From contig CAWGHO010000003.1 in the NCBI GenBank assembly GCA_963822445.1, positions 32,001 through 96,000 on the forward strand: 64,000 bases of DNA, given 5' to 3'. This stretch comes from an uncultured Acidobacteriota bacterium. GTDB taxonomy: Bacteria > Acidobacteriota > Thermoanaerobaculia > Gp7-AA8. The notes under the pieces were generated by a model. That model saw only the letters and a program-made list of their open reading frames with translations. It ran no database searches and was not told where the DNA came from. This document shows, piece after piece, positions 9,184 to 18,437 of this stretch. The position numbers and the translations under genes are program-made. Each line of letters opens with the position of its first letter. Position 1 is the stretch's first letter.

Positions 9184-11610
9184 TCAGTAACCCAGCACCA
9201 GCCGCGCGGCCCGCTCCACCTGCTCCTCGCTCGGCAGGAACACTTCCTCGAGCGGCGGTGAATAAGGCACGGGCGTGTCGAGCGCGCCGAGGATGCGGAT
9301 GGGGGCGTCGAGGAACTCGAAGGCTTCTTCCTGGATGATCGCCGCGACGGACTCGCCGATCGATCCAGCGCGCGTGTCCTCGTGGACGATCAACACGCGA
9401 CTGCAGTGGCGCGCGAGGGCGAGAACGGCTTCGCGATCGAGCGGCGCGAGCGTGCGCAGATCGAGCACAGCGCATTCGTGCCCTTCTTTCGCGAGCTTTT
9501 CGGCGACGCGCAGAGCAACGTGGACATACGCGCCGTAGGAAATGATCGCGAGATCGTCGCCGGCACGCCGCAACGCTGCCTTCCCAATCGGAGTCGGCGA
9601 CGGCACGTCCTCACTCAAAAGCTGTTTGACCTTCGGATCGCGGTAGAGCGCGATGTGCTCGTAGTACAGAACCGGATCGGGATCGGCGACCGCGGACGCC
9701 ATCAACGCGCGGGCATCATGCGGCGTCGACGGCGCGACGATCTTCAGTCCCGGCGTCCGATAAAACCAGGCCTCGGTGTTCTGCGAGTGATACGGCCCGG
9801 CATGACGCAGGCCGCCCCAGGGCATGCGCAGCACGAACGGAATCTCCGCGCCCCACCGATACCGCAGCTTCGCGGCGTTGTTCACGAGCTGATTGAAGCC
9901 GCTGGCCACGAAGTCGTTGAACTGGATCTCGCCGATGGGCCGCATTCCCGCCAACGCCGCGCCGGTGCAGACACCGATCGTCGCGCCTTCGGAGAGGATC
10001 GAGTTGAGAATGCGATCGCCGAAATCCTTCAGCAGCGGTCGCAGAAGCAGGAAGGCGTTGCCGTATTTGCCGCCGACGTCCTCGCCGTACACGAACGTGC
10101 GCTCGTCGCTGCGAAGCACGTCGCCGACGCCGAGCATCACCGCCTCGAGGAACGTTTTTCCTTTCGCATCGAACGGCGGCGCGTCCTCGACGTCCGGCAG
10201 CGACGGCGATTGCGCCTGCCGCCAGGATTCATCGAGCACTTCGACATGCGCGCGCACCGGCTCGTCAGCGAAAACGCCCTCGCCGGCGCGAGCACCATCC
10301 GGCCACGGCGCGTCGATCACCGCGCGTGCTTCGCGCTCGACGAGCTCTTCGATCTCGCGCTTCCAGCGACCGAGATCGTCCGCGCCGATGACGCCGTCGG
10401 CTTCGAGCTTCGCCGCGTACGTGGCGATGGGATCGCGCTGGCGCCAGAACTCGTAAGCATCCCGATCGGCATAACCAGCCTCGGTCAGCGCCGGGTACGT
10501 CCACGATGCCTGCGGGTCTTTGCCGAGGTAAAGCATGTCGTCGTGATGGGCGTGGCCGCACATGCGCATGGCCACGAGCTCGATCAGCGTCGTTCCCAGT
10601 CCCGATCGCGCGCGCTCCGCGGCCCATGTGAACGCGGCCGCGATGGCTTCGGGATCGGTGCCGTCGATGGTGATCGCCGGGATGCCGTAGCCGAGGGCCT
10701 TGTCGGCGAAGACGCGAACCGCGGAGTTGTCGCGGACCGGCGTCGAAAGCGCGGTCTGATTGTTCTGTACGCAGAAGATCGCCGGCAGCTTGCGCGCGGC
10801 GCAGGCGTTGATCGCTTCGTGCCATTCGCCGAGGGACGTCGCTCCTTCGCCGATGAACGAAACGGCGACGCGCGGCTCCTTGCGCAGCGCGAACGCCGTG
10901 GCGATGCCGGCGATCGTCAGCGCAGGACTGCCGAGGGGTGCCATCGCCGGCAGGACGCCGTGCGCCCAGTCGCCGACGTGCAGGTCCTTTCCGTCCATCG
11001 GCGGACCGGCTTTGCCCATCTGCGCGCTCAGGACCATGCGCACGGTTTCCGGAGCGTTGTGCATGGCCAGCACCGCGCCGAGGTCGCGGATCATCGGAGA
11101 GATGACGTCGCCGAACGGCTCGCGTCGCAGGCGGATGGCCGCGGCGTAAATCGCTTCCTGTCCGAGGGAGCGGAAGCCCTTGCCTTGAAAGGAAGCGTTG
11201 CGCCAGCGGACGTCGCCGCCGGTGAAGAACTGCTTCAGGCGGTTGTCGGTGGCGCGGGTGAGGAGCATGCCGCGCAGGATTTCGCGTTTCTCGTCCGGCG
11301 TGAGCGACGCGGCGATGGCCTCGCGGCGCAGGAAGCCGTCGCAGGCATCGAGAACCTCGCGAATGGCGTGGTCGAATCGCTGTTGCGCGCTGACGCCGGG
11401 AGTCGTGTCCGGAACGTCGATTCCGATCGCCAGCAGTTCCGCGAGTGCCGGCTCGAGGACCGCCCGCAATTTCTCGGCATTTCCATCGGCCTGCTCCAGC
11501 GCGCGCACCGCGACTTTCGCCGCGAACGGATGCCGCTCGGCGATGAATGAGGCGAAGCGCGCGATGAGCGTCGCGCGCGTGCCGGTCGCCGTTTCAGGGG
11601 TGGCGGTCAT
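9184..11610 (-). CDS. Fused alpha/beta 2-oxoacid dehydrogenase E1 component
   Basis: TPP-binding GEGATS...NN motif; RMCGHAHHDD; GEDVG, EIQFNDF, GPYHSQ transketolase-like beta domains. Confidence 0.9.
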   Translation of the reverse strand: MTATPETATGTRATLIARFASFIAERHPFAAKVAVRALEQADGNAEKLRAVLEPALAELLAIGIDVPDTTPGVSAQQRFDHAIREVLDACDGFLRREAIAASLTPDEKREILRGMLLTRATDNRLKQFFTGGDVRWRNASFQGKGFRSLGQEAIYAAAIRLRREPFGDVISPMIRDLGAVLAMHNAPETVRMVLSAQMGKAGPPMDGKDLHVGDWAHGVLPAMAPLGSPALTIAGIATAFALRKEPRVAVSFIGEGATSLGEWHEAINACAARKLPAIFCVQNNQTALSTPVRDNSAVRVFADKALGYGIPAITIDGTDPEAIAAAFTWAAERARSGLGTTLIELVAMRMCGHAHHDDMLYLGKDPQASWTYPALTEAGYADRDAYEFWRQRDPIATYAAKLEADGVIGADDLGRWKREIEELVEREARAVIDAPWPDGARAGEGVFADEPVRAHVEVLDESWRQAQSPSLPDVEDAPPFDAKGKTFLEAVMLGVGDVLRSDERTFVYGEDVGGKYGNAFLLLRPLLKDFGDRILNSILSEGATIGVCTGAALAGMRPIGEIQFNDFVASGFNQLVNNAAKLRYRWGAEIPFVLRMPWGGLRHAGPYHSQNTEAWFYRTPGLKIVAPSTPHDARALMASAVADPDPVLYYEHIALYRDPKVKQLLSEDVPSPTPIGKAALRRAGDDLAIISYGAYVHVALRVAEKLAKEGHECAVLDLRTLAPLDREAVLALARHCSRVLIVHEDTRAGSIGESVAAIIQEEAFEFLDAPIRILGALDTPVPYSPPLEEVFLPSEEQVERAARLVLGY

Positions 11611-11619
11611 CGATGGCGA

Positions 11620-12210
11620 TTATAGGAAACGGCGGAGAAGCTCGGCGTCGGCGAGGTCCTGAGCGCGGCCCGACGCTTCCTTGTTTCGGAGCAATTCGTC
11701 TTTCCCGATGAAGAAGACGTCCTGGCCGGCGTAAGTACCTTGCACGCGATTGCCCCACGCCTCCTCGAAGGTGACGCCGGAGATTCGCGTGAGGATGTCG
11801 ATGCGATTCGGCTCGTGCCCGAGTTGCACGATCTGTCCCGGCGTCGTGAAATCGGACGCGCGGAGGCCGAGTGCCGCAAAACCGAAGTCGGTGATCGCGG
11901 CGATGATTTTCTCCGCGTTCTCCTCCGACGCCTCGACAAAGATGTCGAGGTCTTTCGTATAGCGAGGTTTTGCGTGGAAGGCCAACGCATGCGCTCCGAT
12001 GAGCAGCGCGCGCACGTCATGCTTCTTCAGACGAGCGAGAAAGTCGGCCTGATCGCTCGTGGGTTTCATCGATTTCGTCATTTCCGACCACTCGTGACGC
12101 ATCGTCTCGCCGATTGCGACCCGCTCCTCCGGCAAAAACCGCAGCCAGAATTCGCGGTCCGCTTCCGCCTCTTCCTCCCACGACTTGCAGACGCGCACCC
12201 ACGGTTCCAT
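11620..12210 (-). CDS. Nucleotidyltransferase (DUF6036/AbiEii-like) with a short N-terminal extension
   Basis: LIGAHALAFHAKPRYTKDLDIF...RIDIL...LLRNKEASGRAQDLAD. Start at ATG 12210 has TAAACT 8 nt upstream. Confidence 0.75.
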   Translation of the reverse strand: MEPWVRVCKSWEEEAEADREFWLRFLPEERVAIGETMRHEWSEMTKSMKPTSDQADFLARLKKHDVRALLIGAHALAFHAKPRYTKDLDIFVEASEENAEKIIAAITDFGFAALGLRASDFTTPGQIVQLGHEPNRIDILTRISGVTFEEAWGNRVQGTYAGQDVFFIGKDELLRNKEASGRAQDLADAELLRRFL

Positions 12211-12221
12211 GTGCCGCGAGT

Positions 12222-14435
12222 TTACTTCCTCCTCCACATGACCACGTCTCCTTCGGCGAAGTCGGGCTCGAAGTTGGCCTGGATGTACTGCCACACCAGC
12301 GGCGCGCGCTCCTGGTTGGGCACGCCGTCGACGGTGTAGCGGCCGGTGTAGCCGGGGACGAGCACCGCGCGGATGCGCATGTCGTTCTCCAGCCTTCGGA
12401 TCACATCGCGCTGCCGATCCTCGGTCTCGTAGAACGCAACCTCGGGCTCGCGGATCGGGCAATCGCGCCGCAGGAAGAAGTAGAAGATGCCCCGGTTCGT
12501 CAGGTCGAGCCAGGTCTCCTCGGGACCCAGCGCGAGCGCTGCGTATTTCTGCACGCCGCGCAACGCCGCGGCATCCTCATGCCAGAACAAACCGCCCTTC
12601 GCGCGGGGAATCTCGGGCACTTCCACCCAGCCCTCTTGCACGGGACCGCGGGCGTCGCGAACCGAGGCCAGGACGGCGAAGTGGGACGTCGGTGTGGCCA
12701 CGATGAGCAGCGCCACGATCATCGCCGGTGCAAACGCATTGCGGCGACGCAAAGCGAACCAGGTCGAGGCCACGACGAATGCCGCCGCGGCCGTCGCGTA
12801 ATAAAGATGATGGCGCTCGGCGTACGAAATCGCGGCGAGGGTGATCCAGACCGCGACGATCACCATCGGCTCGTAGCGGCGGCGCGGGCGGCGGAAGATC
12901 GTCGTCGCCACGAACACGACGACGACGCACCAGATGACGTAGAGAAATCCGGTTCGATCGAACAGGCCCACCAGCACTTCCGGGAACACGCGAGCGTTCG
13001 CGAAGACGTCCGGCGGATGAAACATGGTGAGCGTGTAGACCGGGGCCAGCGAGAGCATCTCGATGAACGTCGTGCGGAGGAAGTCGTCGAAGATGCCGAG
13101 GATGGCCAGGCCTGCGAAGAGGGGGACGACGCCGATGGCGATGCCGGTCGCGGCGGCGCGCAAAGTTTTCAGGCGATCGCCGGGGAAGCGCCACACCGCG
13201 ACGAGGAACGTGAGAAACGTGTATGCGCCGAAGTCGAGGCTCGTCGCGCCGCAGGCCACCGTGCCGATCGCCGCGTAGCGGAGCCACTGCAGACGCCGCA
13301 GCCGTACCGCGCCGCACAGCAGAGCCAGGGTGACGAGCGGCGGCAAAAGGCGGATCGCGGGCGTGAACCAGTTGGTCATGATGGCCATCAGCACCGCGAG
13401 AAATCCCGCCTCCGCCGAGCCGGTCATGGCCCAGGTCAGCGCGTAAAGTGCGACGGCGTTCAGCAATCCCACCGTCAGCCGCGTCTTCCACGTATCGCCG
13501 ACGGTCGTCCCCCGCGCCTTGAGCACGAGGTAGTCGAAGAGACCGTCCTCGATGAGGCCGTGCGAGGGAACGATGTCGCGATACGGCAGCTCCCCGGCCA
13601 GCATTTCCGAGGCCGGGAGGAGCGAGTGTGAGTCCTCGAAGATGTTCACCCGCGGCTTTCCTTCCGCGGTCTGGATGCTGATGGCGTTCGTGTACGCGGC
13701 GAGGGACAGCGGATAGGTCACGAAGACGAGCACCACCACCGCGCGGCGCGCGTTGCGAAGGAAAACGCGGAGGATGAACGGCGTGATCACCGCGATGGCC
13801 AGCGCGTGCCATCCGAAGTAGCGCTGGTCCCGCGCGAAGAGGTTCATCTGCAGCACGAGTCCGAGTGGCGCCGCGACGAACGCGAAGGCCGGCGCGATCG
13901 GCGAGGGGATGAGCGCGGTCGCGACGCGAAGGAGTAAGACGATCAGCGCGGCGACGACGATTGCCCGATCGACGGAAAGTGCGGTGGCGTCGACGAGGCT
14001 GGTGACCAGTGCGAGGAACGTCGGCACGAGCACGATGTCCCGTCGCGTGAAGGCGAGGTCGCGCGCTCGCAGAATCGTGCAGATGGCGATCACCGCTCCG
14101 AAGGGCAGGATCGCCCAGAGCGGCACGCGCGTGATCAGGACGAACCAGATCGCCACGAGCGGCGTGAGCAAAACCGTGTTGCGCGCCCACGGTTGAGCAT
14201 CGGCGAGGCGTCGCGAAACAGGCCGTAAAAGCAGCGGCAAAAGAATCGGCAGAACGATCAAGCCGGCGATGAAGCGAAACGGTCCGTCCGCATCGAACCC
14301 GAATCGCGTGGCCAGCCCCGGAAGCTGGCCGGGCGGCGCGGGTTGCGACCACACTGAGGCGAGCGAGATGGCGATGGCCAGGCCCCAGATCGCGAATGCG
14401 GCGGACAGCAGGGTCTCGCGTCGCGAATCCGTCAA
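12222..14435 (-). CDS. Multi-pass membrane protein, possibly GT-C glycosyltransferase-like
   Basis: Many TM helices; FEDSH...GELPYRDIVPSHG loop typical of GT-C fold proteins; soluble C-terminal domain. Confidence 0.55.
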   Translation of the reverse strand: MTDSRRETLLSAAFAIWGLAIAISLASVWSQPAPPGQLPGLATRFGFDADGPFRFIAGLIVLPILLPLLLRPVSRRLADAQPWARNTVLLTPLVAIWFVLITRVPLWAILPFGAVIAICTILRARDLAFTRRDIVLVPTFLALVTSLVDATALSVDRAIVVAALIVLLLRVATALIPSPIAPAFAFVAAPLGLVLQMNLFARDQRYFGWHALAIAVITPFILRVFLRNARRAVVVLVFVTYPLSLAAYTNAISIQTAEGKPRVNIFEDSHSLLPASEMLAGELPYRDIVPSHGLIEDGLFDYLVLKARGTTVGDTWKTRLTVGLLNAVALYALTWAMTGSAEAGFLAVLMAIMTNWFTPAIRLLPPLVTLALLCGAVRLRRLQWLRYAAIGTVACGATSLDFGAYTFLTFLVAVWRFPGDRLKTLRAAATGIAIGVVPLFAGLAILGIFDDFLRTTFIEMLSLAPVYTLTMFHPPDVFANARVFPEVLVGLFDRTGFLYVIWCVVVVFVATTIFRRPRRRYEPMVIVAVWITLAAISYAERHHLYYATAAAAFVVASTWFALRRRNAFAPAMIVALLIVATPTSHFAVLASVRDARGPVQEGWVEVPEIPRAKGGLFWHEDAAALRGVQKYAALALGPEETWLDLTNRGIFYFFLRRDCPIREPEVAFYETEDRQRDVIRRLENDMRIRAVLVPGYTGRYTVDGVPNQERAPLVWQYIQANFEPDFAEGDVVMWRRK

Positions 14436-15418
14436 CGCGCGGCCCTCTCCAGCAGCCAGCGCACTACCAGCTCCTCGCCCCAGTACTCGCAGCGCCAGGG
14501 CGCGCTTCCGCTCACGAATCCGACATGCCCGCCGCGCGGGGTCGTGCGGAAATCGATCGCCGGCGATGCAGCGAGGCGCGCGCGTTCCAGCGCATCAGCG
14601 GGCAGGAACGGATCGTCCTGAGCATTCACGGCGAGCGTCGGCGTCTTGATGCGCCCGAGAAAATTGATCGAGGACGAGCGCGAGTAGTACTCGTCGGCGT
14701 CGCGGAATCCATGCAGCGGGGCGGTGGCCGCGTCATCGAACTCCCAGAACGTGCGCGTGCGGCGGACGCGCTCGACGTCGAGCAGCGGCGCGATGTCCTC
14801 ACGCATGATTTTCTTCTTCAGCGTTTTCAGGAACCGGCTCACGTAAAAGCGGCCGGTCGCGCTCTTTTCGAGGTGGCGCGCGCCGGCCGCGAGATCGTAC
14901 GGAACGGAAAGCGTGGCCGCGGCGGTGATCGACGTCTGATCGGGATTCTCACCGAGCCATTTGAGGAGGACGTTGCCGCCGAGGGATGCGGCGAAGGCGA
15001 CCAGGGTCGTGTCGGGCATGCGCTCGCGAAGGGTGCGCACGACGAAATCGAAATCGGCCGTGTCGCCGGAGTGATAGAAGCGCGGCCGCCGGTTCGGAAG
15101 CATGCGGAAGATGCTCCGCGGCGCACGCGCGCAGGAGCGGAAGTTCATCGCTGTGCCCGAATAGCCATGACGCGCGATCGCGGCCATGACGCCCTGGATG
15201 TAGACCGAGCGCGAGCTCCCTTCGAGCCCGTGCATCATCACGAAATGCACGGCGCGGTTCGGGCCGTCGAGATGGTCGAGGATCAGCTCGTCGCCATCCG
15301 GAAGCGCGAGCGCTTCCCGGCGCAGTTTCACCAGCCCGCGCGGACGCGCGAGCCGGCCCCAGATCGTCTGGAAATGCGGACCGGGGAGAAACCATGCGGG
15401 CGAGAACTCTGTGGACAC
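14432..15418 (-). CDS. YheT-family alpha/beta hydrolase
   Basis: PHFQTIW, HGLEGSS, YHSGDT, ASLGGN, DDPF and GGHVGF motifs. GTG start inferred (TAGAAT 10 nt upstream). Confidence 0.88.
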   Translation of the reverse strand: MSTEFSPAWFLPGPHFQTIWGRLARPRGLVKLRREALALPDGDELILDHLDGPNRAVHFVMMHGLEGSSRSVYIQGVMAAIARHGYSGTAMNFRSCARAPRSIFRMLPNRRPRFYHSGDTADFDFVVRTLRERMPDTTLVAFAASLGGNVLLKWLGENPDQTSITAAATLSVPYDLAAGARHLEKSATGRFYVSRFLKTLKKKIMREDIAPLLDVERVRRTRTFWEFDDAATAPLHGFRDADEYYSRSSSINFLGRIKTPTLAVNAQDDPFLPADALERARLAASPAIDFRTTPRGGHVGFVSGSAPWRCEYWGEELVVRWLLERAAR

Positions 15419-15464
15419 GTTTGCCGCGATTCTAGCGGCACTCCTCGTGCACCGTCCGCGCATC

Positions 15465-16448
15465 ATGAAAGTCGTCGTAGTCACCGGCGCATCCGCGGGT
15501 GTTGGACGCGCCGTCGTCCGCCAGTTCGCGGATCAGCATGCGTCGATCGCCTTGATCGCCCGCGGACTCGACGGGCTCGAGGCGGCGAAGCGTGAGGTCG
15601 AGGAGCGCGGCGGTCGCGCGATCGTCATTCAGGCTGACGTTGCCGATGCCGAAGCGATGGAACAGGCGGCGGCGCGAACCGAGGCGGAGCTCGGGCCGAT
15701 CGACGTCTGGGTGAACAACGCCATGGTCTCGGTGTTGTCGCCCATCAAAGAGATGACTGCCGAGGAGTTCCGGCGGGTGACCGAGGTGACGTATCTCGGT
15801 GTCGTGTACGGAACGCTGGCCGCGCTCAAACGGATGCTGCCGCGCGATCGCGGCGTGATCGTGCAGGTCGGATCGACGCTCGCGTATCGCGCGATTCCGT
15901 TGCAGTCCGCGTATTGCGCGGCCAAGCACGCCATCCAGGGATTTCACGAATCGCTGCGCTGCGAGCTGCTGCACGACGAGAGCAAGGTGGCAGTGACGAT
16001 GGTCCATCTGCCGGCGATCAACACGCCGCAGTTCCGCTGGCTGCGCAACCGCATGCCGAACAAGTCGCGGCCGCCGGGCACGATCTACCAGCCGGAAGTT
16101 GCCGCGCGGGCGATCGTCTGGGCGTCCGAGAATCCGCGGCGCGAGCTGAACGTCGGGTTCGGGACGACCGAGGCGATCGTCGCGAACAGTTTCGTGCCCG
16201 GGCTCATCGATCGCTACCTCGCCAACAAGGGCTACGGCTTTCATCAGGGCGATGAGGCCGAGGAGCCAGGGCGGCCGGACAACCTTTACGAGCCGTTGCC
16301 GGGCGATGCGGGCGCGCATGGTCCGTTCGATGATCTCTCGACGTCGCGCAGTCCGCATCTCTGGTCGAACACCCACCGCGGCGTGATCGCCGGCGCCCTC
16401 GGACTGCTCGCGCTGGGCGGCCTGGCAGGACTCCTGCGGCGCCGCTGA
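15465..16448 (+). CDS. SDR family oxidoreductase
   Basis: TGASAGVG, NNA, YCAAK. Confidence 0.92.
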   Translation: MKVVVVTGASAGVGRAVVRQFADQHASIALIARGLDGLEAAKREVEERGGRAIVIQADVADAEAMEQAAARTEAELGPIDVWVNNAMVSVLSPIKEMTAEEFRRVTEVTYLGVVYGTLAALKRMLPRDRGVIVQVGSTLAYRAIPLQSAYCAAKHAIQGFHESLRCELLHDESKVAVTMVHLPAINTPQFRWLRNRMPNKSRPPGTIYQPEVAARAIVWASENPRRELNVGFGTTEAIVANSFVPGLIDRYLANKGYGFHQGDEAEEPGRPDNLYEPLPGDAGAHGPFDDLSTSRSPHLWSNTHRGVIAGALGLLALGGLAGLLRRR

Positions 16449-16452
16449 CGTC

Positions 16453-18437
16453 ATGCTCGTTCGCATTCGCGCGCGGCCCGACACGCTCCATCTCAGCCAC
16501 GGCTACACCGTCATGGCCACGAGCCGCGACGGGTTCGTGCATCCGGGTTCGGAAAACGGCCTGTTCGTGCGCGAGGTCCGGCTGCTGACGACGTTGCGCT
16601 ATTTCATCGACGGCGTTGCGCCGATTCCGAACGTCCTCTCCAACATCGATCAGCACTCCTTCCTCGGCTACTACATCGCCGCCGCGCCGGGCGTGCCGTT
16701 GCCGCCTCCCGATCAGGGGAGCGGTCGTGTTCCGCCGGAGTCTCAGCAGACGCTGGAGATGCGCATCTCGCGCGTGATCGGCGACTGGCTGCACGAGGAT
16801 GTCGTTCTGACCAACTTCGCCACGGCGACGACGCGGTTCACGCTGGCGATCGAGATGGAGGCGGAGCTTCAGGTCGGGTTTTCGCGGGCGCCGCGGTTTG
16901 AAGGGAACCGGGCGCTGTTCGACATCGAGCTGGAGCCGCGGGCCGAGTGGCGTCTTCGTTGGAGTGCGGCGGCTCTGCCGCCGCTTTCGAAGGCAGCAGC
17001 AGAGTTGCCGCACTCCACCATCGAAACGTCCTCGTGCGTCGTCACGGGCACCCTCCAACAAGCCGCGCGCGATCTCAACGCGCTGCTGCTCCCCGATCTG
17101 AAGACCGTCGCGGCCGGGCTTCCCGTGTACGTCGCGCTCTTCGGACGGGACACGCTGACCGCGGGCTGGCAGGCGGCGATGCTCGGGCCGGAGCTGATGC
17201 GCGGCACGCTGGAAACGCTCGCGAAGTACCAGGGCACGGTCACCGACGACGCGACCGATGAGCAACCGGGCCGGATGATTCACGAGGCGCACACCGACGA
17301 ACGAGCGCCGCAACTACGGATCGGTAACCACGTCCGGTCTTTATGCGTTCGCGCTCGCGGAGCTGTGGCACTGGACGGGCGACGCGGACATGGTGCGGCC
17401 GTTCATCGACCCGGCCATGCGCGCGCTGGACTGGCTCGATCGCGAGCGGCTGAAGAACGGCCTGTACACGTATCAGACGCGATCGCCGCACGGTGTGAAA
17501 CATCAGGCCTGGAAGGACGCGCCGGGCGCGATCGTGTACGAGGACGGGACGGAGGTCGAGCCGCCGATCGCGACGTGCGAGGAGCAGGGCTTCGTACACA
17601 TCGCCAAAGCTCCACTTCGCCGAAATGCTCTGGGCCCTCGGCATGCGCGACGACGCCCGCCGGCTGCTGCACGAGGCCATCGCTCTCAAGCAGCGATTCA
17701 ACGAGACCTTCTGGATGGAGGACCACGGCACGTACGCGCTGGCGCTCGACGCGAAGGGCAGGCAGGTGCGGTCGATTGCGTCGAACGCCGGTCATTGCAT
17801 CGCCACCGCGATCGCCGACGACGCGCACGTACGGCGCGTGGTCGACCGGCTGTTCGCGCCGGATATGTTCTCGGGCTGGGGTATCCGTACGCTCTCGTCG
17901 GATCATCCCGCGTACAACCCGTACAGCTACCACCTCGGCTCGATCTGGCCGGTCGAGCAGGGCACGTTCGCGATGGGCTTCATGCGCTACGGCCTGCACG
18001 ACCGCGTGCAGCAGCTCGCGCGTGCGCAATTCGAGGCCGCGTCGCTGTTCGATTTCTATCGATTGCCGGAGCTGTTCAGCGGCCATCCGCGCGACGACGA
18101 GCATCCCTTTCCTGCGCTCTACCCGAACGCGAACTCGCCGCAGGCCTGGTCGGCGTCGACGGTGTTCCTGTTGCTGCAGGCGATGCTCGGCCTTTATCCG
18201 TACGCGCCGCTGAACGTGCTGATCGTCGATCCGCATCTTCCGGACTGGCTGCCCGAGGTCACGTTGCGCGATCTGCGTGTGGCCAAGGCGACGGTGACGA
18301 TCCGATTCACCGGAACGTCATGGGAAGTGCTGGCGAAGGAAGGCAAACTGCATGTCGTGCAGCAGCCGTTGCCCTGGTCGCTGACGGCGGGGGTGGGGGA
18401 GAGGTTGTTCGATCTGGTGAAGAGCGTCGTGAAATGA
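16453..18437 (+). CDS. Glycogen debranching enzyme / amylo-alpha-1,6-glucosidase, interrupted by two frameshifts (about 17310 and 17610)
   Basis: Motifs spread over three frames: AGLPVYVALFGRD and EQPGRMIHE; QAWKD and CEEQG; SGWGIRTLS, YHLGSIWP, RLPELFSG, PQAWS. Confidence 0.82.
16960..17017. repeat. REP-like palindrome (TGGAGTGCGG...CCGCACTCCA), in frame inside the debranching gene
   Basis: Near-identical to the intergenic copy at 59625-59681. Confidence 0.85.
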
